DNA of 64,000 nucleotides from Methanotrichaceae archaeon (GTDB lineage Archaea; Halobacteriota; Methanosarcinia; Methanotrichales; Methanotrichaceae): NCBI GenBank assembly GCA_963803145.1, contig CAWDLW010000008.1, positions 448,001 to 512,000 of the forward strand, read 5' to 3'. Shown piece by piece: positions 33,687 to 43,936 of this stretch (position 1 is its first letter; each line of letters starts with the position of its first letter). The notes under the pieces were generated by a model. It saw only the letters and a program-made list of their open reading frames with translations, ran no database searches and was not told where the DNA came from. The position numbers and the translations under genes were made by a program.

Positions 33687-34949
33687 TCATAGGCTCGCGT
33701 AATAAAGACCCATTCCCTCAGCATTCGACCTATCATACACTCTTCTAGGATCAATTAATACAAGCTTCTCCTCTGTCAGATTTTTTAGTTCCTCAAGCCT
33801 AACTCTCTCAAATTCATTATGTTTTACCGTAACAATAATACAATCAAACTTAATATTTGGTTTTAGATCTTCAAGAGGTTTTACGCCGAAATTCTCTACT
33901 GTTTCTAACCCAATCAAAGGGTCGTACCCATAAACATCAGCATTATAGCTTTTTAGCTCATTTATCATCTCTCTAGCGGGACTTTCCCTTATATCCGGCA
34001 CATTCTCCTTATATGTTAATCCCATAATTAATATCTTCGATCCCTTTATCGCCTTTCCCACTTCATTTAGCCCCCTAATTGCTAGCTCTGCGATATGTTT
34101 GGGCATATAGTCATTCGTAGCCCTTCCAGCCAATATTACCTGGGGATGGGTCCCAAGCTCTCTGGCTTTGTAAACTAAATAATATGGATCCACAGGGATA
34201 CAATGCCCGCCAACCATTCCAGGATTAAGCCTTATAAAATTCCACTTTGTCCCAGCAGCCTTCAGCACCTCTTGAGTATCTAGCCCCATCTTTCCAAAGA
34301 TCGTGGCTAGCTCATTTATTAACGCTATGTTTATGTCTCGTTGTATGTTCTCAATCACCTTAGCTGCTTCAGCTGTCTTGATATTTTTAGCTACGTAGAC
34401 CTGAGTTACCAGACTATATAGCTCAGCTAGCTGGCTAGTGCTCTCATCATCCATGCCTGAGACTATTTTGGTTATCTTATCTAAGCTATGAGCTTCGTCT
34501 CCTGGGTTTACGCGTTCTGGGGAATAGCCCACCTTGAAATCTTGTCCGCATACCATACCTGACATCCGCTCAAGGATAGGCACAAGTATCTCCTCGGTAA
34601 CGCCTGGATAAACTGTGGACTCCAAGACTACTATTGCCCCCCTCTTCAAATTCTTACCTACCACCTCGGCTGCAGATCTTATTGGAATTAGATCGGGTTC
34701 CTTGTGCTTTGTAACCGGTGTTGGCACGCAAATTAAGATAAAATCAGCTTCTTTGATAAATGAAGGATCATCTGTGCATATAAGGCCGCCATTATGCCTA
34801 TTATAATTTTTGATTCTATTAATCTTCGACTGATCTATATCAAAGCCGATAGTTCGCAAATGCTTCGAAAAAGACTCAGCTAATGGCTGGCCAACATAGC
34901 CTAAACCAATAACACATACTATTTTACCCTCAAATTTTCCTGAAACCAT
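33687..34949 (-). CDS. UDP-N-acetylhexosamine 6-dehydrogenase (WbpO/TviB-like)
   Basis: GLGYVG, CVPTP, ESTVYPG, PERVNPG and GGHCIPVDP motifs. Confidence 0.92.
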   Translation of the reverse strand: MVSGKFEGKIVCVIGLGYVGQPLAESFSKHLRTIGFDIDQSKINRIKNYNRHNGGLICTDDPSFIKEADFILICVPTPVTKHKEPDLIPIRSAAEVVGKNLKRGAIVVLESTVYPGVTEEILVPILERMSGMVCGQDFKVGYSPERVNPGDEAHSLDKITKIVSGMDDESTSQLAELYSLVTQVYVAKNIKTAEAAKVIENIQRDINIALINELATIFGKMGLDTQEVLKAAGTKWNFIRLNPGMVGGHCIPVDPYYLVYKARELGTHPQVILAGRATNDYMPKHIAELAIRGLNEVGKAIKGSKILIMGLTYKENVPDIRESPAREMINELKSYNADVYGYDPLIGLETVENFGVKPLEDLKPNIKFDCIIVTVKHNEFERVRLEELKNLTEEKLVLIDPRRVYDRSNAEGMGLYYASL

Positions 34950-35866
34950 TGTATAGTCTCCCTTAATCCTAAATCTATATCATAACTGGGCTCATATCCC
35001 AAGTTTCTGCTAGCGGATGATATATCTGCTAAAGAATCTTTAATATCCCCAGGCCTAGGTTTATCATAGATTATATCTAAATGGTTGCCCGTAATCTCCA
35101 TTATCTTAAGGGCAAGCTCATACAAGCTTATTTGCCTCTGACAGGCTATATTAAATATGCCCTGAGTTTCGCTTTTGATTGCAAGAAGGTTTGCTTTTAC
35201 TACATCCTTAACAAATGTGAAGTCTCTAGTCTGACTGCCATCGCCGTAAATTGTAGGCGATTGATTATTTAGAATTCTTGTAATGAATATCGGTATTACT
35301 GCAGCATATTGTGACTTTGGATTCTGCTTAGGGCCAAACACATTGAAATATCGCAGACAAGTAGCGTGCAAACCATAAACCTCAGAAAAAACCCGGCAGT
35401 AGTGCTCACCAGTAAGCTTTGTCACTGCATAAGGTGATTTTGGATTAGGTTTCATATCCTCTTTTTTGGGTAAAGTTGGAGTATCGCCATACACCGATGA
35501 GGAGGAAGCAAAAATAAATTTCTTTACTCCACAGTCCTTAGCTGCCACAAGAGCGCTCAGCGTTCCATCGATATTCGCTACATTTGATGATATAGGATCG
35601 CTTACGGAACGCTGAACCGAAGGAAGGGCAGCCTGATGGAATACGCACTCCGCATCAATGAACGCCTGCTTAAGCATGTTCAGGTCAGTTATGGAGCCCT
35701 TAATAAACTGGATATTTGATATGCCTTCGAGGTTCTCAATTCGGCCTGTTGAGAGGTCATCAATTACTATGACATCATATTGGGCAGATAACTCCTGTAC
35801 TAGATTAGAACCTATGAATCCGGCTCCACCTGTTACGATTACTTTTTTTCGTATCAATAAGATCAC
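34919..35866 (-). CDS. UDP-GlcNAc/Glc 4-epimerase (WbpP/TviC-like)
   Basis: TGGAGFIG, SSSSVYG, YAVTK (YxxxK) and RYFNVFG motifs. Confidence 0.92.
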   Translation of the reverse strand: MILLIRKKVIVTGGAGFIGSNLVQELSAQYDVIVIDDLSTGRIENLEGISNIQFIKGSITDLNMLKQAFIDAECVFHQAALPSVQRSVSDPISSNVANIDGTLSALVAAKDCGVKKFIFASSSSVYGDTPTLPKKEDMKPNPKSPYAVTKLTGEHYCRVFSEVYGLHATCLRYFNVFGPKQNPKSQYAAVIPIFITRILNNQSPTIYGDGSQTRDFTFVKDVVKANLLAIKSETQGIFNIACQRQISLYELALKIMEITGNHLDIIYDKPRPGDIKDSLADISSASRNLGYEPSYDIDLGLRETIQWFQENLRVK

Positions 35867-36077
35867 TATTAATCTAATTTAAATCGTTCGCTGGATCAAG
35901 GAAATATCATCCCTCACACCCTGTTCTTGCGCTCATACACCGTTCTGAAAACCACAGACGCCGCAAGGATAATCAAGCGATACTCAACACCCCAGCCTCG
36001 GGAATATTATAAAAATCCGCCTTATATCCCTAAGGCCCCATCAAAACCCTAGACCCAGTTTTCCTCATAGCCAGTGG

Positions 36078-36440
36078 TCATAGGAACCGATACCTATCGC
36101 TTTGAACCAGTGCATCCAGTACGAAATGTGCCCCGAACCCATAGCCGAAAAGACAAATAAATCCATAAACCTGACTCCAAGAGGATGCAGCAGAAATGAG
36201 ACCCCACTGCATAATCATTAGCATAGTCAGTGCATGGAAGTCGCCATGTGATATGGGCGATCCGTAGATAAGCAATGTGATCCCTGCCTTCCTCAGCAGG
36301 CCATGTGCAATGACACCGATATCCGGCGCATAGGCGCTGAGAATGATGACCCAGGAGTACTCCCTCTCGGTGGGCCCTCCGTTGATCATGCCGAAGAAGA
36401 TGGCGATTGCAATGGAGTAGATCGGGTGTTCAAAAAGCAA
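36078..36440 (-). pseudogene. Metal-dependent hydrolase-like membrane protein (YdjM-like), probably frameshifted
   Basis: EH, APD, HGDFH and HFVLD motifs; paralog fragment at 50318-50508. Confidence 0.6.
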
Positions 36441-36569
36441 TCAATTTGTCTCCTCACATTTCCGCTTCCTTCCAGCCATTTCATCCGTGTTTATACTTTT
36501 TAGTTTATCGCTTGTTTACAGATGGATGCACTCTTCCATAGTAGTGGGAATCGTCCATCTTATCCTCAT

Positions 36570-36735
36570 CAATCTCACCACTTATATTTCTGGAATCTTC
36601 TTCCGGAGAAGAGTTAGGAGCAGCCCCACGGGCGTTGTAGGGCGCTAGTAAAGCCTTTAGCATTAGCCCCAGATAGGAAATGTAGTATCTTAAATTAGCT
36701 GCAGCCCCCAAACGTAAAATCAGGATGGTTCTATA
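36570..36735. repeat. Repeat A, degenerate copy 1
   Basis: TTCTTCCGGAGAAGAGTTAGGAGCAGCCCCACGGGCGTTGTAGGGCGCTAGTAAAGCC..TTAGCCCCAGA plus the shared tail. Confidence 0.75.
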
Positions 36736-36838
36736 ATATCATCTTGGATTGAATTCTCTTGAAGAACGTTATTTTGTGAATTAATAAATATTTAGGAACT
36801 AAGAGCAGAAAAATATACAATAAAAAAATTAGTGAAGC

Positions 36839-37678
36839 TTAAAGCTGCATAAATATCGCTATAGCATCATTCATCTTCTTGAGCCCAAGTAGCGCATTCA
36901 TCTTATTTATTTGTGCCTGGCTGTTAGACGGATCGATTGTTAGCGTGGCATTAAACGCCTGTATAGCATCAGCGTAATTTCCGGCTGCCATTAGAGCGAA
37001 ACCTTCAGCGTTATACGCCTGTGTATAGTTTCGATCAATCTTCAGAACCTGATCGAAGTTCTGCACTGCCTTGGCGGATTCACCTGCGGCCATAAGTGAG
37101 ACACCTTGCTTATAAAGGGCATCTTTACTCTTCGGATCAAGAGCTAGGACCTGATTGTATCTCACGATGGACTCGTTGTACCTTCCTAATTTCTGAAGAA
37201 GATTGCCCTCCCTTTGCCAATTGGCCTTATTATTTGGTGCTAGCATCGTTGTTTCGTTTGCTGCTGTATAAGCGTTGGAATAATCCTTGAGTGCATTATA
37301 ATCAGCATATAAGCCTGACCAGGCATCCGCATTGTTTTTATCGATCGTCGCGGCCTTGCTGTATGATTGCACAGATGCATTATAATTTTTCAAAGCCCTC
37401 TGAGCATCGCCCATATGTACCCAGCCATCTGTGTAGCTGGCATTTTGAGCAACTGCCTTACTAAAGTACTCAAGGGCACCTGTATAGTTGTTGGCTGCAT
37501 ACAGCTTACCTCCCTTCCAATCAAAGTAGTCTGCCTCCTGAGCAAAACAGATAGCACTCAAGATACAAAAGCACACCATTACACCTAATATTTTCAAGAT
37601 AACTCCTCCTGAACCTCCTATAGGGTCCAAGTGTTTGGATAATATTGAATGCATATTAAGCCTTCGGCTATAACTCAA
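36839..37678 (-). CDS. Secreted TPR protein
   Basis: Signal-like segment and TPR repeats; paralog of 58241 and 59046. Confidence 0.88.
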   Translation of the reverse strand: MSYSRRLNMHSILSKHLDPIGGSGGVILKILGVMVCFCILSAICFAQEADYFDWKGGKLYAANNYTGALEYFSKAVAQNASYTDGWVHMGDAQRALKNYNASVQSYSKAATIDKNNADAWSGLYADYNALKDYSNAYTAANETTMLAPNNKANWQREGNLLQKLGRYNESIVRYNQVLALDPKSKDALYKQGVSLMAAGESAKAVQNFDQVLKIDRNYTQAYNAEGFALMAAGNYADAIQAFNATLTIDPSNSQAQINKMNALLGLKKMNDAIAIFMQL

Positions 37679-37890
37679 TTGCTAACCTTATAAGCCATTA
37701 TGACCCGAGTATATTGTCAAAGTTATCCGCCTCCTGAGCTATACAGATAGCGCTCAGGAGGAAAAGCATATAATTACGCATAACATCTTTAGGACTTACC
37801 CTCTACAATTTAGCCATGTTCTTTATAGCCCCTAAGCTTAACATCAATGATATTAGCCCATTATGCAACACAGCATCCTGGAGTGAAATC

Positions 37891-38265
37891 TCACGATATA
37901 TGCCTTAGCGGTCTATTCGCTATTGTAAAACTTCGTCCATTTTCGCCGATCATTTTCAGAGCTTTAGCAGCACTTAACCGCACGTTGCTATCTTTATCTT
38001 TTGCGAGCACCTGGAGCAGTGGCATTCTAGCTTTTGTATCTACAATCTCCCCAAGAGCATCAGCAGATCCACCTCGAACTGCGCTATTATCGTTTTGGAG
38101 TGCCTGAATCAACGGATCTATTGCAGGTTTTCCAATTCCTGCGAGAGCTTTGTAGCTGCTATTCGAACATCGCTATCGTTATCCCCTAGCACCCGAATTA
38201 AAGGATCGATAGCTCTAATATCTTGTATATTCCCAAGCGAATGTGCAGCCTCCGCTCGCACTTTA
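37891..38265 (-). pseudogene. HEAT-repeat protein 3' fragment
   Basis: Homologous to about 57050-57380; frameshifted. Confidence 0.8.
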
Positions 38266-38489
38266 TTAAACAGCTGAGTTATGCTTATCTTATATCAGCT
38301 AGTTAGTTTTTCTTTGTGCCTTGCTATGAAAAACATTCGATTATCGCTATCTAGCGACCATTTTTCATTCTTCGGGCACGATTCAACCCTTACCTGAGAA
38401 TCATAGTGTTTTGTGTCTTCGTGGTGATCGTCCGTCGTTTATTTAACTGCCAAGCCAACAGCATTTCACCATTTAGCCTTGGCACAACC

Positions 38490-39233
38490 TCAAAGAGAGA
38501 AACCCTCCAGATTTATCTCATCCAACCGGACCGACCCATTGACCGCCTTGGCGCTCATCTCATATTTCCCGGATGGAAATCCCGTCATATTAACGCCAAT
38601 GTTGAAGTTGCCGTTCACGATCACCTTTTTGATCAGCGTCATGGTCAGGTTCACCCTGGAAGCATTCTCCGCAGCATCACCGAAGATTTTGATCTGATAG
38701 CCCCCAGGCGATAGCATATCGTTAGTAGTAGTCGCTGTGCCGTTACTACCTGCCTCGACCTGCGAGGTGACCCATATTCTCGTGAATTCAGGCTTAAAGA
38801 CCATGCTCGAGTTCTGATAGCTTCCCTGATCCATCTGTTCACCAATGTTCAGGTTCTTCACCTTGCTTGCAGATACTGCAAAGTTGTTGGGCTTTCCAGG
38901 AATGTAGACGCCGGGGAGAGTATAGCTATAGCCGCTTTTGCCTGGGTTTGAGGTCACATTGAAGCCCTCGATGGGAGGAATGTGGATGCCGACAAGGTCG
39001 TAGCTGTAGCTGCCCTCGAATACCGGGGTTGTATCCTGGATTGTGAAGTTTAGGAGAAGCTCGCCTGAGCCTACTCCCGAGATCCTCATCTCGCCGGGTG
39101 TGAGTCCCACGCATGAGAGCAGGATGCAAATTACTGCCAATGACCTCAGGATTGTAGGGCGCTGCCTGCTTTTCAAAGCTGTCGCTTGCCGGCTGTTGCG
39201 ATCATCTTCGTTTCGTCTCCATATTCCCTTCAA
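38490..39233 (-). CDS. Hypothetical exported protein
   Basis: Close paralog of 55832-56590; hydrophobic leader segment. Confidence 0.75.
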   Translation of the reverse strand: MKGIWRRNEDDRNSRQATALKSRQRPTILRSLAVICILLSCVGLTPGEMRISGVGSGELLLNFTIQDTTPVFEGSYSYDLVGIHIPPIEGFNVTSNPGKSGYSYTLPGVYIPGKPNNFAVSASKVKNLNIGEQMDQGSYQNSSMVFKPEFTRIWVTSQVEAGSNGTATTTNDMLSPGGYQIKIFGDAAENASRVNLTMTLIKKVIVNGNFNIGVNMTGFPSGKYEMSAKAVNGSVRLDEINLEGFSL

Positions 39234-39335
39234 CCTTATCGCCCTTATTTCAGGAAACCTTCCCCCAGCGAGGGGCTAGGGGTAGCCCGTCCGGCGACTG
39301 AGGATGCTTGGAAACCCCTAGTTATAGCCCCAGAA
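39231..39335. repeat. Repeat A copy 2
   Basis: CAACCTTATCGCC...CCTTCCCCCAGCGAGGGGCTAGGGGTAGCCCGTCCGGCGACTGAGGATGCTTG...TAGCCCCAGAAG. Confidence 0.92.
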
Positions 39336-39374
39336 GATAACCTTACAGTGCCAATCTGAAAAGCTAAGAAATAC

Positions 39375-39606
39375 TCATGTTGCTGAGAGCCAATCCTCAC
39401 GAGAGATTCCGCCTTCGTGGAGGATCTGGAGTAACAGCTTCACACCGATGTCTTTCCCATGGTGTGGATTTGGGATGCTGACATACACCCGCCCTTCGGC
39501 CAGCTCTCTGACCATATAGGCATGATCCGACCCAGGATAAGGTCCCTGAAAACCTAACTTCCTGAGCCTTCGGATAAGCTCATTTCTGGTAACAGGAAGA
39601 AGCCTG
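39375..39606 (-). pseudogene. hicA: HicA toxin with no evident start codon
   Basis: Manual translation RLLPVTRNELIRRLRKLGFQGPYPGSDHAYM...IPNPHHGKDIG..LL.QIL..GGISREDW. Confidence 0.8.
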
Positions 39607-39856
39607 AGACTTTGGCTATCGGCTCCGTAGAGACATCAATAGTGATGCCATCTATAGCGGGAACTGTATCACCCATCTTAAGCCGGAGAGCTATCCAACC
39701 TTCGATAACCCCAATGAGGTCCTCGCGGCATTCCTCGATTGTGTCACCTATAGCTATCACACCCCGAAGGCCATCTACAGTGGCCATATAGGTGCCGTCC
39801 TCAAGCGTCTCATATTTAGCATGTCTTAAAGCTGCCTGAATGTATTCTGCAAACAT
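39554..39856 (-). CDS. hicB: HicB antitoxin
   Basis: YIQAAL..AKYE.LEDGTY.A....L.GV.A.G.T.EECR. Confidence 0.88.
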   Translation of the reverse strand: MFAEYIQAALRHAKYETLEDGTYMATVDGLRGVIAIGDTIEECREDLIGVIEGWIALRLKMGDTVPAIDGITIDVSTEPIAKVSGFFLLPEMSLSEGSGS

Positions 39857-40313
39857 ATCAAGATCTTATTGTACCTCGAAGGGATTTAACATTGATTGCC
39901 CTTTATGAATTGTGGTTGATAGTTCGTCGTTTGTTTAGTTGTTACGCCAGTAGCCTTTCACAGCACGGGTATAAAGAGATAATTCCTCACTAATATGTTA
40001 GTTAAATTCGTTCGTCTTTGTGCCTTCGTGGTGATCATCCGTCTTTGTTTATATATAATCCAATGTTTTTCGTCGTTCTTGGTGTCTTTGTGCCTTTGTG
40101 TTTGGCTGTCACTGAACGCTCACCACAAAGACACGAAGGCACAAAGAACTGAATTGGGAGCTTGAATTTATTGGGCGATTAGTCAAAAGAAAGACTATAA
40201 TTCCTGCAAGAGCTTTTGTGGCTGCCTTATGAACACAGGTATCATTATCTTCTGGTGCCCTTTCCGGCAAAGTCGACCTCAATTTAAAGATCCGGTATCT
40301 TTGCGATTACGAA

Positions 40314-40409
40314 TTCACTACAGAGACTCAAAGGCGCAGAGAGACTTTAACATTATCTGGACTCTCTCCAAGCGTTTCGTTCTCTGTGTCTCCGTGCCTC
40401 TGTGGTGAG
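40314..40409. repeat. CACAGAG-type palindromic element
   Basis: CACTACAGAGACTCAAAGGCGCAGAGA...TCTCTGTGTCTCCGTGCCTCTGTGGTG; related copies at 40085-40147, 40472-40606, 47139-47237 and 48494-48574; half copy near 53712. Confidence 0.8.
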
Positions 40410-40679
40410 CTTGTTCGTTCTGCTGTTGATTAAAGTAGGCTGTATGTTTGATAACTGAGCTAACGACTTCTCATCACAAAGGCACAAAGACACAAAGGAC
40501 GCGAGAAAGAACTATTATCTTGACATTTTGTCTTGGCTATGTTCCTTTCTTCCAGCTAAATCGTCGTCTTTGTGAGTTCTTTGTGCCCTTTGCGTCTTCG
40601 TAGTGATCGTTCGCTGTTTGCTTATAATTCTGAATGGTTGTCATTCCATACGGCCGGAAATCACTAATCCAGTTCCAAT

Positions 40680-40767
40680 CAACCTTATCGCCTATATCCA
40701 GAACCTTCCCCCGGATAGGGGGTAGGGGCTAGGGGCAAACTGCCAGGGCGATTGAGCGCGCTATTAT
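40680..40767. repeat. Repeat A copy 3
   Basis: CAACCTTATCGCC...CCTTCCCCCGGATAGGGGGTAGGGG...GGCGATTGAGCGCGCTA; abuts the vapC stop codon. Confidence 0.88.
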
Positions 40768-41196
40768 TCAATCGTCTATGTCCAGAATCTCTGCGATAGC
40801 TTTCGTGATACCCCATACCTTGATTATCTCTGCTTCCCGAATCGTCCTGAAATGGTTATCGTTGGTTATCAAGATGGCACCAGTCTCAAGACAAGTGGCA
40901 GCATGAACTATATCGGCATACTGGCCTTCAGGAAAGAACGGCCGGCAGGCCTCTAGGCTCTTATGTGAGGGATCTACAAGGCGAGTTCTGTTATGAATGA
41001 GCTCATAGAGATGATAGAAACCAAGGAATCTATGAATATACTTCTCATATTCAAGCAGGAGCTCATCGTTCACAAACAGCTCTGCATCGCTCAGCAATAG
41101 AGCCGTAAGTAGATCCGTGCTTCTAGTCCAGCCGCTCTTTACAGCTGCAATGACCAGATTGTTATCTAGAACGAACCTCGAATCTCTTCTTAGCAA
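40768..41196 (-). CDS. vapC: PIN-domain toxin (VapC-like)
   Basis: FVLDNNLV, E, D..H and LITND.HF motifs. Confidence 0.88.
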   Translation of the reverse strand: MLRRDSRFVLDNNLVIAAVKSGWTRSTDLLTALLLSDAELFVNDELLLEYEKYIHRFLGFYHLYELIHNRTRLVDPSHKSLEACRPFFPEGQYADIVHAATCLETGAILITNDNHFRTIREAEIIKVWGITKAIAEILDIDD

Positions 41197-41425
41197 GACG
41201 ATTGCTTTCCTCCTCGATATCTTGCTCGATCTTGCCGTGATCCATGCCTTTTGCCTTTTCTATGGCCTCCTCAAGCATAGATCTTAGATCAATCTTCTTG
41301 ACGATGAATGTGCCTTCTCCCAAAGAGTCTATAGCGAACTCGTCTCCCTCCTTCAGATTCGCCTTCCGTCTGAGATCGCTCGGCAGCAGGATTCTCCCTT
41401 TATCATCTAGCTTTGTAACTGGCAT
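41162..41425 (-). CDS. AbrB/MazE-type antitoxin
   Basis: KLDDKGRILLP.DLR....L.EGD. Confidence 0.9.
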   Translation of the reverse strand: MPVTKLDDKGRILLPSDLRRKANLKEGDEFAIDSLGEGTFIVKKIDLRSMLEEAIEKAKGMDHGKIEQDIEEESNRLAKKRFEVRSR

Positions 41426-41711
41426 ATGAGATAATCACCATTTCTCCCACATATGGACTTTATGGTATAAGAAGATATCAGCATGAGATATACATGAAGA
41501 TAATTTCATTCATCTTTGTGGCTGATAGTTCGTTGTTTAGTTGTTATGCCAATTACCTTTCATAATACAGGTATAATGAAATGATTCCTCTCCAATATGT
41601 TATTTAAATTCGCGCACCTTTGTGCCTCTGTGCCTTCGTGGTGATCATCCGTCTTTGTTTATAATCACAGCCAGACATCCTCTTCCATACAGGCAAGAAT
41701 CTTGTCCCCGT

Positions 41712-41840
41712 CAACCTTATTGCCCTTATTTCCGGAAAACTTCCCCCAGCGAGGGGTTATGGGCAACCCGTGGGTTGCGGGTAGCCCGTCCGGCGATTGA
41801 GGACGCCAGTAAAACCGCTAGTAGTAGACCCAAACGAGAA
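41712..41840. repeat. Repeat A copy 4
   Basis: CAACCTTATTGCC...TTCCCCCAGCGAGGGG...GTAGCCCGTCCGGCGATTGAGGACGCCAGTAAAACCGCTAG. Confidence 0.9.
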
Positions 41841-41854
41841 AGCCAGCGCAATTC

Positions 41855-41970
41855 TGTAATTTTAGAAAATCTTTACATGTATTACCAAAAGCTGGATGTT
41901 CGAAAGCCGAATATAGAAATATATTAGTATCGATGAAAATTCTCTCGCCTGGTGGGACTTCTGATAGCAT
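41855..41970 (-). pseudogene. Truncated PIN toxin
   Basis: MLSEVPPGERIFIDTNIFLYSAFEHP..G..CKDFL, coupled to the antitoxin by TAATG; runs into repeat A after about 38 codons. Confidence 0.8.
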
Positions 41971-42158
41971 TAGTCCCATATCTCCATATCTATGATCTCG
42001 TCTGCGAGCTCTTTGGGGATCTTCATCTTGCCGTGAAATTCTTCAACGGGATTCTTTTTAACTTCTATTTCGACCTCTTCACCTTCCTTCAAGTTCAGAT
42101 CTCCAAGCGGCCTTAATATATTGCATTCGTAGACGGCTCTCACTTTCATGAAAATCAC
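41970..42158 (-). CDS. AF2212/DUF104-like antitoxin
   Basis: VRAVYE..ILRPL..L.LKEGEEV. Confidence 0.85.
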   Translation of the reverse strand: MIFMKVRAVYECNILRPLGDLNLKEGEEVEIEVKKNPVEEFHGKMKIPKELADEIIDMEIWD

Positions 42159-42229
42159 GCTATAAATTATCGCCCTGGTAGTTCTTAAAGCATTTGGCAG
42201 TATTCAGAAATCAATCATCAAGTCCAGTT

Positions 42230-42320
42230 CGACCTTGAAGCATATGTTCCTGGAACCTTTTGCCGTCGAGGGGTTAGGGACAGCCCGCACGGGCGTTGGA
42301 GCGCGCTAGTAAAACCATTA
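42230..42320. repeat. Repeat A copy 5, left part (continues at about 43857-43915)
   Basis: ...GAGGGGTTAGGGACAGCCCGCACGGGCGTTGGAGCGCGCTAGTAAAACCATTA | IS110 | GTTTTAGCCTCAGAAGAA. Confidence 0.85.
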
Positions 42321-43856
42321 TTTTCCCATGAAAAACCTTCCTCAATTAAAAGAAATGGTGTGCTATCCACCCCCTACCGAATGTCTATTCTTCAAGTGAT
42401 AAAAGGCGTCTACGATAGCAGCCACTCCATCCTTTAATCGCTCATTTTTGGATAGATAGAGGAGGTCCCTTTTGACTGGTTTTGATGCAGCTGTAGTGCA
42501 GTTGTTCTCTTGATATAGCTCTTGATTAATCAACAGATGATAAATTATTGTGATTAATTTCCGTGCTAAAGCAACGACCGCTACATTGTAGCTCTTTCTG
42601 GCCGACAATCTATGGAAGTACCTTGAGAGCTTGTTCTTGTTATTTCTCATCTTAGCTATCACTTGAGCTATCTCGACAAGAATAGTTCTTAGACTCTTGG
42701 ACCCCTGTTTCGTAATACCACATTGCTTCTTTTTCCCTGCAGATTCGTGTAGTCCAGGAACCAGTCCACACCATTTGGCGATTTGTTCTGGGGTTTGGAA
42801 ATCGCGATAGTCACCGATTTCTGCCAAGATGGTCGACCCTGATCTAAAACTTATTCCTGGAATTGACATAACTATTGCCAGATCTTTAGCGCTTTTCTGA
42901 AATCTGCTAAGCACTTCAAGACTTGTTTTATCTATCTTCTTTTTCAGAAGATCAAGGAGCTCTAGATTATCCTTAACAAGCATTCTCGAAGTATCATCAA
43001 GACCGTTTGCAAGAGCCGCTTTGATGACGTCTCGCTTTTTCTTGATCTTCTTTGAAGTGATTCTGTCCAGGATCGAGTCTGCATCCTTGCCTTCAACCAG
43101 GCCATCCAAGATAATCCTGCCTGATTTACCAAAGATGTCTGAAATACAAGAACTCAGCTTTATGCCGCAAAGTGCTAGATACTTATGAACTCGATTCCTA
43201 AGCTGAGTTTGAGTCTTTATATATCCTGATCTGGCACGGGTCATCATTCTGAGGGCTCTATCCTCATTGGAAAAGACTCTTGATCTCTTGATTTTGCCAT
43301 CCAAGCAGTTACCTGCAATCCTCTTAGCGTCATGAGAATCCGACTTATCCCCTACAAGTCCTTTGACCATCCATGGATTTGCTACAATTGTATCAATCGA
43401 TGGACTCAGGCAATCGTAGACTGGAAACCAGTAAACACCTGTAGCTTCAAATGCTACTTGCTCGCAATTATTGGCTATGAGCCAATTCCTGAATCTCTCT
43501 AGCTCCGAACGAGTCGTGCCAAACTGTTCCTGGATTTCAGTCCCATCTGCATCTTCGATCGTGGCTACTATGAGATCTTTATGGACATCTGCTCCGCAAA
43601 CTCTATTTCTTCGTTTGCCCATATATGTCGCTATCCTGATATGGGCAGATGATTAAGATTAATCCCTTATAGGGGGTAATTTCCCATGCGCGTTCAACGA
43701 CGCAGCCCCGTATTCACGGGATTATTGGCCAGTTTTAGCCGCGAGATCATGATCTCAAAAATAAAGCTGCCTTCACTGCCCATATCAGACTAATCATAGT
43801 TGGCCATGAATGTGAGGTTTTTCATCCGCCACGTATGACCCTTAAGGATCATGGGC
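42321..43856 (-). mobile_element. Intact IS110-family element (recombinase 42363-43622) inserted in repeat A
   Basis: GADVHK, FEATGVYW, KSD..DA and GLVPG.HESAGK motifs; sub-terminal IRs ATGAAAAACCT (42328) and AGGTTTTTCAT (43815); about 235 bp of upstream non-coding end. Confidence 0.93.
43630..43800 (-). ncRNA. Putative IS110 bridge RNA
   Basis: 13-bp IR CTGATATGGGCAG/CTGCCCATATCAG (43636-43648, 43776-43788) encloses hairpins and segments matching the target (AGTTTTAGCC) and donor (TTTCCCATG) junctions. Confidence 0.6.
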
Positions 43857-43936
43857 GTTTTAGCCTCAGAAGAAGTGTTGGCTTTGAATTATATAAGCAG
43901 GCCCAAACGAGAAAGTGATAGTTATTCTTGATTACT

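Noticed and set aside
41665-41725. Cryptic peptide in the composite repeat (minus strand GNKVDGDKILACMEEDVWL*; GDKVYWTRILAYMEEGVWL* at 54.6 kb)
   Set aside because: The frame is broken in the 45.8-kb copy and no conserved start is evident. Similarity is explained by the DNA repeat, although a decayed gene 3' end cannot be fully excluded.
41622-41927. Plus-strand ORFs over repeat A (also 48934-49134 and 39043-39279; minus 36505-36711)
   Set aside because: The shared peptide (ARPAIEDASKTAS) simply reflects the DNA repeat; starts and frames are not conserved.
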